In this document: piece by piece, positions 7,316 through 17,848 of the stretch | How the letters are laid out: each line of letters opens with the position of its first letter | How positions within the stretch are numbered: the first letter of the stretch is position 1 | Assembly (NCBI GenBank): GCA_036012755.1 | Contig: DASCPX010000085.1 | Span: forward strand, 1-30,616 | Direction: 5' to 3' | Origin: Myxococcota bacterium | GTDB taxonomy: Bacteria > Myxococcota_A > UBA796 > CAJQPC01 | DNA length: 30,616 nt | Program-made: the position numbers and the translations under genes | Notes under the pieces: model-generated | Database searches by the model: none | What the model saw: the letters and a program-made list of their open reading frames with translations, nothing else | What the model was told of the DNA's origin: nothing

Positions 7316-10272
7316 CGGAGGAGGAGGAGCCCCGCGGCGATGATGTCGTCGTCGTCCAGCGACAGGGCGATGCGCGCCTCGTGGGCGGCGGCTTCGTGCT
7401 GCTTGAGGCTCGAGAGCAACAGGGCGTGGTTGCGATAGACCGCCGCGGTGGCGCCGTCAGCGCCCTCTGCGTCGCCGAAGGCCTCTATGGCTGCATCGTG
7501 CTCGCCCATCGCGGCGAGGCAGCTGGCCCGGATGCTGTGCAGGGCGCTCGAGTTCGGCTCGGACTTGAGCGCATCGTCGATGAGCTGCAGAGCGGAGGCG
7601 TGCTCGCCTTGACGCATGCGGACCTGGGCGAGGAAGGCCCGCGAGGCGGTCGTCGGCCGGGTCGCGTGGGCAGGTTCGAGGGCGTCTCGTGCGGCGATGC
7701 AGTCCCCGTCGGGCAGGCAGGCGTGGGTCTCCAGGATGCCGTGGACCAGATTGGCCATGCCCGGCTCGTCGAAGGCGGCGGGATCCCGGGCCTCCAGCTG
7801 GGTCCAGATGTCCAAGGGGTCGAGCGTCTCCAGCGGCGCTGCCACGATCGGGTCACGGCCGGGCTCGAGGTCGAGGTCCATCTTCCAGGTGCTCACGAGG
7901 CGAGCGACTCCGTCGTCGCCCATCTGCTCCTCGACCAGCGCCAGGGCGAGCTGGGTCGGCACCCAGTGGGGATCCGCGGCTGCCGCGCTCTCCAAGGACA
8001 GGCGGGCGAAGCGGTCGTGGTCGTGGCTCGTGTAGATGAGGGCGGCGTGGTAGTGGTACAGCGCCGCGTCGCGACCCGTCAGGTTCGCGTTCTTGGTGGA
8101 CAGGGCCTCTTCCGCCCCCGCGGCGTCTCCCTCCGCGTCCAGCGCGAGCGCTCGTGCCAGGCGTGCCTGGGGATCGGCATCTGTGATCTCCAGCGCCATG
8201 TCAGCGTAGCGGATTGCTTCGGCTGGCCTCCCTGCCCCCAGCGTGGCGAAGGCGGCCTGGACGGCGGCTCGGCGAGCGAGGCTCTCGTTCGTGATCGACG
8301 GATCCTCGGCGAGGGGAGCCAGCAGCTCGCTGGCCGAGGCCGGCTCGCGGCGCACGTAGAGGAGGATGAGTCCCTTGAGGTAGCGCGCCTCGAGGTGGCG
8401 CGGCTCGAGGTCCAGGACACGATCGAGAGAGACCAGGGCCTCGTCGAAGTTCCCGGTGTGGCGGTGGAGCTTGGCCAGGGTCATGTGGACGTCGGCTTCG
8501 TCGGGCAGCCGTCGTACCGCGGACTCCAGCGCATCCGCCGCGGCCTGGTAGTCCCCGTCGAGCATGGCCGCCTCGCCGAAGCTGCGCTGGAGCCCCGGGG
8601 CCAGCGGAAGCGCCTCCTTGGCGAGAGCGAGGGCCTCCTTGGCTTTCTTGTAGTCGCCGAGCTCTAGCAGACCCTCGCCCTTGTACCACTCGCAGAGGCC
8701 GTCTCTCTGGTTGCGGGTGCAGACCCGCGCCTTCTCCACGGCGCGCTCGTAGTTGCCGGAGGCGAGCGCGACGCCGGCCTCTGCGCGGAGCAGCGACTCC
8801 TCGCCCTGGTCCAGCTTCTGGGCTCTGGAGAGCAGGTTGACGGCCGCGATGCGGAGCTGCTGGTCATCGAGGTGCGCGTAGACGAGCGCCAGTCCGGCCA
8901 CGGCCGAGGCGTTCCATGGGTCGGCGGCGACGGCGATCTCCATCTCCGTGCGGGCTCGCGCGATCGCTTCGGGCGTGCCCTCCGACAGCGCGATCCAGCC
9001 CTCAGCGGCGCGCAGGCCGTCCGGGTCGGTCGCGTCCGGGTACTTCTTCTGGAGCTCCTCGACGAGCTCGAGGCCGTCAGCGATGACGGGTGGCCCTTCG
9101 TCCTCTGTGTTCATTACGTACCAGCCTGCGCTGGCGAGGGCGATGAGCGCGATGAACAAGAGCGCGAGGATCGGTCCGCGCCCGGGACCGTCCGTGTGGC
9201 GCTTGACCCAGGGCTCGGAGGCGCTGGGGCCCGTGCGCGAGCCGGGACCGGGGCGGGTGTCGTGCTTCTCGGCGAAGTCACCGAGGCGACCCGTGACGCG
9301 CTCGTCCATCCTGGGCAGCGTGCCGGTGATGTCGGCTTCTTCGCGCTCCTCTCCGAAGAGGGTGTCCATGACTCCCGCGAGACCCGCGCGCAGGCTGCGG
9401 TCCTTTGCGTCGGCGAGGTAGGCGCGCAGCGCGTTCTTGAAGACGCTCGCCGTCGCATAGCGGCGCAGGACGCGGCGGTCGATGGCCTTCATGACCACCT
9501 GCTCGAGCTCCTCGCTGATCTCCGCGTTGAAGTCTCGTGGCGACTCGATCTCGGAGATGAGGACCTCTGCCATGACCTCTTCCCGGTCACCGCCAGCGAA
9601 GAGGCGGCGGCCCGTCAGCAGTTCCCAAAGGACGACGCCGAGGGCGTAGACATCGGACCTTGGCGTGGGGCGCGAGCCCTTGATGCGCTCCGGGCCGAAG
9701 TAGCCCGGTCGACCGATGCTCGCTGCGGTCAGCTCCGGTTCGCCGATGTTGCGCGCGCGCACCATCCCGGCGTCGAGGATTCGGAGTAGGCCGTCGAAGC
9801 CCAGGTGCATCGTGCCGGGGCAGATGTCGTTGTGCACGATGCGGACGCTGCGCCCTTGGGAGTCCTTGAAGCCGTGCAGGTACTCGAGCGCTTCGCAGGC
9901 CTGCAACGCGATGTAGGCCGCGTACTCCGGTGGCAGGATGACGTGCTGCCGGTGGAGCGCGTGCAACAGCTGATGCAGCGTGCGGCCCGCGAAGAACTCC
10001 GCGCCGACGTAGAGGTTCGCGCCGAGGTGCCCGCTGTCGATCACGCGTATGACGTTGCGGTGCTCGACGAGCTTGCCGAGCTCGACGTTCTCTTCGTGGA
10101 GCTCCCGGAACAGGTCGCTCTTGCAGATCTCGTCCCGGAAGATCTTCAGGATCAGGGTCCGCTCGCCCTCCGGTGAGCGGTAGCTGGCCTGGTAGCCCTC
10201 CGCCATCTCGTCGCTGAACACGCGGGAGGTGAGTTGGTATCGACCAAAACGATCAAGTGACGGCTTCGACAC
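7312..10272 (-). CDS. Membrane Ser/Thr kinase-like protein (degenerate, probable pseudokinase) with TM helix and extracytoplasmic TPR domain
   Basis: Hanks fold with altered motifs: VFSDEMAEGY, LILK, HNDICPGT, DAG, YFGPE, but intact SDVYALGVVLWELLTG. TM segment PILALLFIALIALASAGWYV, then about 600 aa of TPR-like repeats. Confidence 0.85.
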   Translation of the reverse strand: MSKPSLDRFGRYQLTSRVFSDEMAEGYQASYRSPEGERTLILKIFRDEICKSDLFRELHEENVELGKLVEHRNVIRVIDSGHLGANLYVGAEFFAGRTLHQLLHALHRQHVILPPEYAAYIALQACEALEYLHGFKDSQGRSVRIVHNDICPGTMHLGFDGLLRILDAGMVRARNIGEPELTAASIGRPGYFGPERIKGSRPTPRSDVYALGVVLWELLTGRRLFAGGDREEVMAEVLISEIESPRDFNAEISEELEQVVMKAIDRRVLRRYATASVFKNALRAYLADAKDRSLRAGLAGVMDTLFGEEREEADITGTLPRMDERVTGRLGDFAEKHDTRPGPGSRTGPSASEPWVKRHTDGPGRGPILALLFIALIALASAGWYVMNTEDEGPPVIADGLELVEELQKKYPDATDPDGLRAAEGWIALSEGTPEAIARARTEMEIAVAADPWNASAVAGLALVYAHLDDQQLRIAAVNLLSRAQKLDQGEESLLRAEAGVALASGNYERAVEKARVCTRNQRDGLCEWYKGEGLLELGDYKKAKEALALAKEALPLAPGLQRSFGEAAMLDGDYQAAADALESAVRRLPDEADVHMTLAKLHRHTGNFDEALVSLDRVLDLEPRHLEARYLKGLILLYVRREPASASELLAPLAEDPSITNESLARRAAVQAAFATLGAGRPAEAIRYADMALEITDADPQARLARALALDAEGDAAGAEEALSTKNANLTGRDAALYHYHAALIYTSHDHDRFARLSLESAAAADPHWVPTQLALALVEEQMGDDGVARLVSTWKMDLDLEPGRDPIVAAPLETLDPLDIWTQLEARDPAAFDEPGMANLVHGILETHACLPDGDCIAARDALEPAHATRPTTASRAFLAQVRMRQGEHASALQLIDDALKSEPNSSALHSIRASCLAAMGEHDAAIEAFGDAEGADGATAAVYRNHALLLSSLKQHEAAAHEARIALSLDDDDIIAAGLLLLR

Positions 10273-10294
10273 CCTTCCCTCGGCAGGTCGGACG

Positions 10295-10304
10295 ACTCTA
10301 CCAA
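10295..10304 (-). promoter_or_regulatory. Extended -10 promoter candidate (TTGGTAGAGT)
   Basis: TGnTAnnnT in the 45-bp gap upstream of GTG 10272, followed by a GAGGGAAGG RBS-like run. Confidence 0.5.
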
Positions 10305-10317
10305 AGTCGCCGCCTGC

Positions 10318-13300
10318 CTACTCGTCGACCTCCCCGTACGTGAGGAGCATCGCGGCACTCACCATGTCCGCGGGGTCCAACGAGTAGGCCAGCCTGGACT
10401 CGGAGAGCGCCCCGGCGCGGTCCGGGCGATTCATCAACAGCAGCGCGTGGCGCCGGTGTAGGCCGTCCGCCGTCCCGTCGGTGTTCGAGTAGGCCTTCTC
10501 CATGGCAGCGTCGGCGCTCGCTGTTCGCCCGAGGCCCTCGTGGGCGAAGCCCTCGAGCCCGTCGACGAAGCCGTTGCGCTCGGCGAGCGGAATGCGACCG
10601 AGGTGCACCAGCGCGGCCTGCCAGCGTTCGTTCGCCAGGTAGGTGCGACCCACATAGGCCAGCGAGGCCCCGGAGCTGTCCGCGAGAGCGCCCTGTACGC
10701 GCGGGACCTCGTTGCGGCAGCCCTGGTCCTGGATGCAGTGTCCGGCGATCACCATGCCGCGGAGGCGCCTTGCGTCGCGCGCGTGCTCCGGGTTGCGCTG
10801 CTCAGCCCTGTCGATGGCGGCGAGCACCTCCGCATGCTCCACGCTCGGCGCCACGATGAGCACGATCCGGTCACGGGCACGCTCCCGGGCGAGGTCGAAC
10901 TGCCAGCCCTGCTCGGCGATCTCTACGGCCTTTGCCCAGTCGTCCAGATCCAGGAGCACTGTCACCAGGGCTTCTCGGGCATCGAGCCACGCGGGGTCGA
11001 CGGCCAGGGCGGTCTCGAACTCGGTCTGGGCGGAGCGGAAGCGACCGTCCTGGCGGAGCAGGATGCCGGCACCGTAGTGGTAGCGGGCCTTCTGTCGACC
11101 CTCGAGGTCGTTGGTGTTCACGGACTGGAGAGCCTCGAAGGCAGCCCCGACGTCCTCGGTCGCCCTGGCGCGCGCGAGCGCAAAGGCCGCGGGAGCCCAG
11201 CCCGGCTCCGCTTGCAGTGCCTGCTCCGCGAGGGCGCGAGCACCCAGGACCTCGCCCGCCGCGAAGGCAGCGTTGCTGGCCTGGACCAGGATCTCCGCCT
11301 CCAGGGGATGCCGGCCCACGATCTTGTCCTCTGAGAGGGCGCCGAGGAGGTCCCAGGCCTCTTCGACGTCGCCCTCGACGTGGAGCTCGATCGTCCCCTG
11401 GATGAGGCGCGGCTCGACCGCCAGGGGGTCGAGGTCGTTGGCCAGCGCGCTGTGATCGCGCGCGGCGCGGTAGTTGCCGACAATGCGGTAGAGCCGGGCG
11501 AGCGAAGTGTGGGCCCGGGGGTCGTCGGGGACGCGCTCCCGGTAGGCCTCGAGGCGGGACTCGGCTTGTGCGAGCTGACCGGCTTCGGCCTCTGCGTCTG
11601 CGAGGCCGACCCAGAGCTGACCGGCGTTCGGGAGCTCGTCGGAGAGATCGAGCAGGGTCGCCCGGCCCTCGTCGAGCATGCCGACGCCGAGCTGTCCGAG
11701 GCCGAGGTAGAGGGTGCAGAAGGTATCGGCCGGGAGCTCGACGAGGCAGGCCCGAGCGTCCTCGATGGCCTTCTGCGGGTTGTCGAAGGCGATGTCCATG
11801 CCCGCCTGGGCGCGGAGCAGCGCGGGCTGGTCGGGGTCGATCGTCCGGGCGCGCCTCAGGAGCTCGATCGCGTCGTGGGCGAGCTCGGGTTCGCGTGTCG
11901 AGAGCATCGAGTAGGCCAGCGCGAGGCCCGCGAGGCTGTTGGCGTCCTCGGAGTTGTAGGCCACCGAGCGCTCCAGGGCGGTCCGGGCGGCGACGATGTC
12001 GGGCATCGTGCCCTTGCGCAGTCGGGCCCAGCCCTCGCTGCGCCTGCTGCCGTCGACGTCTTTTGCCCCCGGGTTCGCCGCCTTGATCTCCCGGACCTCG
12101 AGCGCTCCGGGCATTGTGTCGCCGCCACCGGGGCGGCCGATGAGGATCAAGACGCAGGCGGCCGCGAGAGCTGCGATGGCGACGCCAAGCGCCAAGCGCA
12201 GCCCTGGGCCGCGCGGGGCCTCCGGGTCGGCGAAGCGTTCGCGGCGCACCCCGTGGACGTGGGCCGCCTTGCGGGGCTTGGGGGCCTCCCAGGCCGCCTG
12301 GCCGAACTCGGGCGTGTCGTCGAGCGCCGCCTCTTCAGTCTCGGGCTCGGACGAGAACTCCTTCCTGGGCGGGCGGAAGACATCCGGGCCGCCGCCCTTG
12401 CGCCTGATCCGCTCGAGGCGGTCCGGTTTCTCCTTGCTCGGCCGCAGATCCGGGAGGGGTGTGCCTGGCTCCGCCTCCGCCCGCAGGGCGTGCCGGAGGT
12501 TCACCTTGGAGAGTCCGTCGGAGCCGTCCTCGGGGAGCGGTCGGTCCATGGACGGCGAGGGCCTGGTCCCTTCGTCCTTTCCTCCGCTTCCGAGATCCGG
12601 GTCGAGCCCGAGGGCATCGAGCAGATCGGGGCTCATCGGCACGGAGCCCGAGGAGCCCCCCTCGACCTCGAAGATGTCTCCGAGGCTCTCGTGGAACTCC
12701 TGCGCCATCCTCGAGCCCCGCTCCATCCGCGCGTGCTGGATCTTGCGCTCGTCGTCGAAGAGCTCCCGCATGTAGCTGGCGAACTTCTTCTGGACGTTCG
12801 AGGGGTTCCGGTTGCCCAGGAAGTCGTAGAGGATCTCCTGCATCTCGTTGGCGTCGGCGAAGCGATCGGTGGGGTCGCGCGCCAGTGCTCGGAGCACGAT
12901 GAGGTCCAGCGCCGCGGGGACCGCGGGGTTGTAGATGCTCGGCGCCGGGTAGTCCCCGGAGAGGATCTTGCGCGCGCTGACCTTGGGGTCCTTGTCCTTG
13001 AACAGCGTTCGCCCGGTCAGGCACTCCCAGAGCACCACGCCGACCGAGAAGATGTCGCTCTGGGGTGTGGGCGGCTGGTGCTGAAGGCGCTCGGGGCTGA
13101 CGTAGCTGACCTTGCCCCAGTTGATGCCGTCCTTGACGTCGTTGGCGAAGGCAGAGGTCTTCGCGATGCCGAAGTCGACGACCTTGCACTCGCCGTTGAA
13201 GCTGATGACGAGGTTCGAGGGCGAGATGTCCTGGTGGACGATGTTGAGCGGGTGGCCCTTGTAGTTCTTGAGCCGATGGGCGTAGTCGAGGGCCTTGCAC

Positions 13301-13680
13301 GCTTCGTGGGCGAGGAAGACCGCGTGCTCCTGGTTCATGAGCTCGCGGCGCGCCAGGAGCTTGTTGAACAGGCGCTTGCTGTCGCGCCCGTCCACCCACT
13401 CCATCGCCAGGTAGTAGTTGTCCTTGATCCTGCCGAAGTCGTAGACCTGCACGATGTTCGAGTGCTGGAGCGAGACGGAGATCTTGGCCTCGTCGATGAA
13501 CATGGAGACGAAGCTCTTGTTCTCCGAGAAGCGGCTCAGGATGCGCTTGATGACCAGGGTCTTTGCGAAGCCCGCGGTGGAGAAGGTCTTGGCCGCATAG
13601 ATCTCCGCCATGCCTCCGACCGCGATCCGGTCGATGAGGTAGTATTTTCCGTAGATCCGGGGAGTGAACTCCTCCTGCAT
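10318..13680 (-). CDS. Membrane Ser/Thr protein kinase (non-RD) with TM helix and extracytoplasmic TPR domain
   Basis: IAVGGMAEIY, LVIKRI, FIDEAK, HQDISPSN, DFGIAK, YVSPE, SDIFSVG motifs; charged/Pro-rich linker; TM LALGVAIAALAAACVLILIG; TPR repeats. Start 13680 preferred (alternative 13707). Confidence 0.92.
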   Translation of the reverse strand: MQEEFTPRIYGKYYLIDRIAVGGMAEIYAAKTFSTAGFAKTLVIKRILSRFSENKSFVSMFIDEAKISVSLQHSNIVQVYDFGRIKDNYYLAMEWVDGRDSKRLFNKLLARRELMNQEHAVFLAHEACKALDYAHRLKNYKGHPLNIVHQDISPSNLVISFNGECKVVDFGIAKTSAFANDVKDGINWGKVSYVSPERLQHQPPTPQSDIFSVGVVLWECLTGRTLFKDKDPKVSARKILSGDYPAPSIYNPAVPAALDLIVLRALARDPTDRFADANEMQEILYDFLGNRNPSNVQKKFASYMRELFDDERKIQHARMERGSRMAQEFHESLGDIFEVEGGSSGSVPMSPDLLDALGLDPDLGSGGKDEGTRPSPSMDRPLPEDGSDGLSKVNLRHALRAEAEPGTPLPDLRPSKEKPDRLERIRRKGGGPDVFRPPRKEFSSEPETEEAALDDTPEFGQAAWEAPKPRKAAHVHGVRRERFADPEAPRGPGLRLALGVAIAALAAACVLILIGRPGGGDTMPGALEVREIKAANPGAKDVDGSRRSEGWARLRKGTMPDIVAARTALERSVAYNSEDANSLAGLALAYSMLSTREPELAHDAIELLRRARTIDPDQPALLRAQAGMDIAFDNPQKAIEDARACLVELPADTFCTLYLGLGQLGVGMLDEGRATLLDLSDELPNAGQLWVGLADAEAEAGQLAQAESRLEAYRERVPDDPRAHTSLARLYRIVGNYRAARDHSALANDLDPLAVEPRLIQGTIELHVEGDVEEAWDLLGALSEDKIVGRHPLEAEILVQASNAAFAAGEVLGARALAEQALQAEPGWAPAAFALARARATEDVGAAFEALQSVNTNDLEGRQKARYHYGAGILLRQDGRFRSAQTEFETALAVDPAWLDAREALVTVLLDLDDWAKAVEIAEQGWQFDLARERARDRIVLIVAPSVEHAEVLAAIDRAEQRNPEHARDARRLRGMVIAGHCIQDQGCRNEVPRVQGALADSSGASLAYVGRTYLANERWQAALVHLGRIPLAERNGFVDGLEGFAHEGLGRTASADAAMEKAYSNTDGTADGLHRRHALLLMNRPDRAGALSESRLAYSLDPADMVSAAMLLTYGEVDE

Positions 13681-13705
13681 GTGCGCCAGGGCTTCTCCGG
13701 CGTGC

Positions 13706-13715
13706 ATGCTACCAA
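13706..13715 (-). promoter_or_regulatory. Extended -10 promoter candidate (TTGGTAGCAT)
   Basis: TGnTAnnnT upstream of ATG 13680, near-identical to the box in front of the paralog. Confidence 0.5.
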
Positions 13716-13722
13716 GCGCGGC

Positions 13723-16185
13723 TCAGTCCTCGATCCAGACCAGCCCGCGTCCACCGTCCACCGTCACGCGCTGTCCGTCCCGGAGGTGCTCGAGGGCGCC
13801 CGAGACGTTCACGACAGCGGGCAGCCGGTACTCCCGGGCGACGACGGCACCGTGGGACAGCATCGAGCCCATCTCCAGCACGACGCCAGAGGCCAGCAGG
13901 AACAGCGGTGTCCAGCCCGGATCCGTGGCCCGGGCGACGAGGATCTCGCCAGCGCTCAAGCGCTCGGTCTCGTCCAGGGAGCGCAGGATGCGGACGGTGC
14001 CGGTCGCGCGCCCGGCGCTGATGCCCAGGCCCTCCAGCCGGCGCCCGGTGTGCTCGACCTCCACGCCCTCATCGCCGACGAGGAAGACCGGCGGCTCCGA
14101 CGCGGCCAGGTCCACGGCCCACTGCTTCTTCCGCAGCGCGATGAGCGCGTCGAGCTCTGCGCTCTCGTCGGTCTCCCGCACCTCGCGCCACTGGAGCCAG
14201 CGGATGTCGTCGCCGACGCCGAGGTGCTCGCCGAGCTCGTTCGCGCGGGCCTGGAGCGCGGCCATCAGGCGGTCGAAGGCGAAGCGCTGCTCCTCTCGCA
14301 GGGCCAGGTAGCGGCGCGCCAGGAGGGTAGTCCGGACGAGGAGCTCGCGGTCCAGGCCCTTGTGCCGGCGGCGCAGCTCGCAGAGGGCCGCGTCCGCGGC
14401 CTGGGTCTGTTGTCCGGCCAGGATACCCGGGTCGTCGAGGGCGGCCAGGCGCCGGGCGAGTGTCTCCACGTGGGTCGGGTCGTCTTGCCAGCGTGGCGCG
14501 AAGAGCTCCCAGCTGGACTCGCTCGTGCGGTGGCCGAACTCGGCGAGGAACTCGTCCATGCTGCTGTCGCCGCGGCCCAGGCGCCACAGGGCCCTGTTCG
14601 TGCGCAGGGTCGGGTTGTCTGCAGGGGTGCGCAACAGGTCGTCTCGCAGGTCCGCGGGCAGGAAGGGGCCGAGGATCTGGAAGTAGAGGTTCGCCAGCAA
14701 GAGCGAGATGATGTGGACCTTCACGTAGTCCCGCCAGAGCTCGATGCCTTCTTCGACCCGCCGGAAGGCCTCGCTCTCGTCGAAGGCGGGGCTCTCCAGG
14801 CGCGGGAGCTCCAGCTCGAGGCGCTCGAGGAAGCTGTCCCAGGCCCTGTGGTTCGTGACCGGGTTCCAGCGGAAGCGCCGCCAGCGCCTCTGGCGGAAGG
14901 TGGTCGCGAGGATCGACCGGTAGACGGCGACATCCGGTGGATATGCGAAGCGGCGGGTCCAGCGCTCCAGCTCCGCTGGTGGCAGGAAGTCCATCATGAA
15001 GCCGGGCGGCGGTCGGCCCGGGAGCTTGAACGCGAGGTGGCGGAAGACCGTCACGTTGACGTATGGGCGGCCTCGCAAGAGGCGCAGGGGAGGTCCGCCG
15101 CCGAGGTGTCGCGCCGAGGTCTCCGGGTAGTCGATGAACCAGGCCAACAGCTCGCTGGTGATCGACCAGCCCAGGGGAGAGGCCAGCCCGTGCCAGCGCT
15201 CGCCCATGAAGCGACGGCTCCACAGCACCCCCTCGCCTCGAGGTGGGGCACCGGCGGCGGTGATGGAGCGTGCCTGGAGGAGCCAGGCGACGCCTGAGCG
15301 ATCAAGCGCCCACTCGAGGTCCTGGGGGGCCCCTGCGAGGCGCTCTGCGCGCAAGCCGAGTCGCCCGAGTCGACGCAGCTCCTCGGGCTCCAGCTTGCGA
15401 CGGCCGGGATCGGGGAGATCGACCCAGGTCAGCTCTCCCGAGACCAGCGGGGCCAGGAGGCGGGGCTGGGAGATCGTGTCGGACTCGATGACCTCGACCC
15501 GCAGCCGGGACACGAGGCGCCGTAGGCCGCGCGGGAGTCGGCGGGGTCGGTGGAGCAGGTGGCGATCCGGCTGGACGTGGCCGCCGACCAGCGCCTCGCC
15601 CTGGCCCAGCACGGCCTCGAGGACCATCTCGGTCCAGCTTCCGGTGACGGGGTTGATCGTGAAGAGCACCCCGGCGCAGCGGGCATCGACGAGGCTCTGG
15701 ACCACCACCGCCATGCCTTCGGTGCGCTGGCCGCGTCGATAGGCCATGGCTTCGGCGCCGAAGAGGCTGGCCCAGCAGCGGAGCACGGCCCTCTCGAGCT
15801 CGTCGCCGGGCCTGACGTTCACCAGCGTCAGGAACTGGCCGGCGAAGGAGTGCTCGCGCCCGTCCTCCTCGACGGCGGAGCTCCGCACCGCCAGCCGCTC
15901 GCCGAGGCCGGCGGTGGAAGCCCGCAGCTCTCCCGCGATTGCCGAGGGCAGCCGCCCCCCCTCGATCGCCCGCCGCAGCTGCTGGAGCTCGGAGCTCTCC
16001 CGGCTGCGCGCCAATCGACCCAGCTCGTTTGTCCGGATGAACTCCGAGAGAGCCTCTCGAGACAACACGACGGCAGGAGGGACGGGCAGGCCGCGGGCGT
16101 GCAAGCGCGCGAGACTGCAGGCCTTGCCGCCCCAGCGGGAGCGCTCGTCCGGGTCGATCTCCGAGAGGGTGCCAAGGTACCGCAC
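13723..16185 (-). CDS. PEP-utilising/ATP-grasp phosphotransferase with rifampin phosphotransferase/PigC domain order, substrate unknown
   Basis: N-terminal GGKA..L, AVRSSAVEED..SFAGQF, MAVVVQ, AGVLFT.NP, QDLEWA, LQARSIT; long helical middle domain; C-terminal TDPGWTPLF..GSMLSHGAVVAREY phospho-His domain. Confidence 0.88.
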   Translation of the reverse strand: MRYLGTLSEIDPDERSRWGGKACSLARLHARGLPVPPAVVLSREALSEFIRTNELGRLARSRESSELQQLRRAIEGGRLPSAIAGELRASTAGLGERLAVRSSAVEEDGREHSFAGQFLTLVNVRPGDELERAVLRCWASLFGAEAMAYRRGQRTEGMAVVVQSLVDARCAGVLFTINPVTGSWTEMVLEAVLGQGEALVGGHVQPDRHLLHRPRRLPRGLRRLVSRLRVEVIESDTISQPRLLAPLVSGELTWVDLPDPGRRKLEPEELRRLGRLGLRAERLAGAPQDLEWALDRSGVAWLLQARSITAAGAPPRGEGVLWSRRFMGERWHGLASPLGWSITSELLAWFIDYPETSARHLGGGPPLRLLRGRPYVNVTVFRHLAFKLPGRPPPGFMMDFLPPAELERWTRRFAYPPDVAVYRSILATTFRQRRWRRFRWNPVTNHRAWDSFLERLELELPRLESPAFDESEAFRRVEEGIELWRDYVKVHIISLLLANLYFQILGPFLPADLRDDLLRTPADNPTLRTNRALWRLGRGDSSMDEFLAEFGHRTSESSWELFAPRWQDDPTHVETLARRLAALDDPGILAGQQTQAADAALCELRRRHKGLDRELLVRTTLLARRYLALREEQRFAFDRLMAALQARANELGEHLGVGDDIRWLQWREVRETDESAELDALIALRKKQWAVDLAASEPPVFLVGDEGVEVEHTGRRLEGLGISAGRATGTVRILRSLDETERLSAGEILVARATDPGWTPLFLLASGVVLEMGSMLSHGAVVAREYRLPAVVNVSGALEHLRDGQRVTVDGGRGLVWIED

Positions 16186-16191
16186 GGCCAG

Positions 16192-16201
16192 TGCCTATCT
16201 T
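16192..16201. promoter_or_regulatory. Bidirectional -10 candidate (TATCTT top, TAGGCA bottom)
   Basis: Shared TA at 16196-16197. The bottom predicted +1 is 16185, the GTG start. The top box precedes the GGAGG RBS of the P5C dehydrogenase gene. Confidence 0.4.
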
Positions 16202-16228
16202 GGTTAGAGGTTCGGTCGGAGGTTCGAG

Positions 16229-17835
<1,607 letters not shown>

Positions 17836-17848
<13 letters not shown>

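Noticed and set aside
11380..15297. 1305-aa plus-strand ORF and other long antisense ORFs (e.g. 15302-18793, 20624-22501, 26821-28599, 28326-30572)
   Set aside because: Shadow frames of real genes in high-GC DNA, with no recognisable motifs.
13723..16185. Calling this gene ppsA or a bona fide rifampin resistance gene (rph)
   Set aside because: The domain order excludes PpsA. Rifamycin specificity cannot be read from the sequence, and no rifamycin-associated element was recognised upstream.
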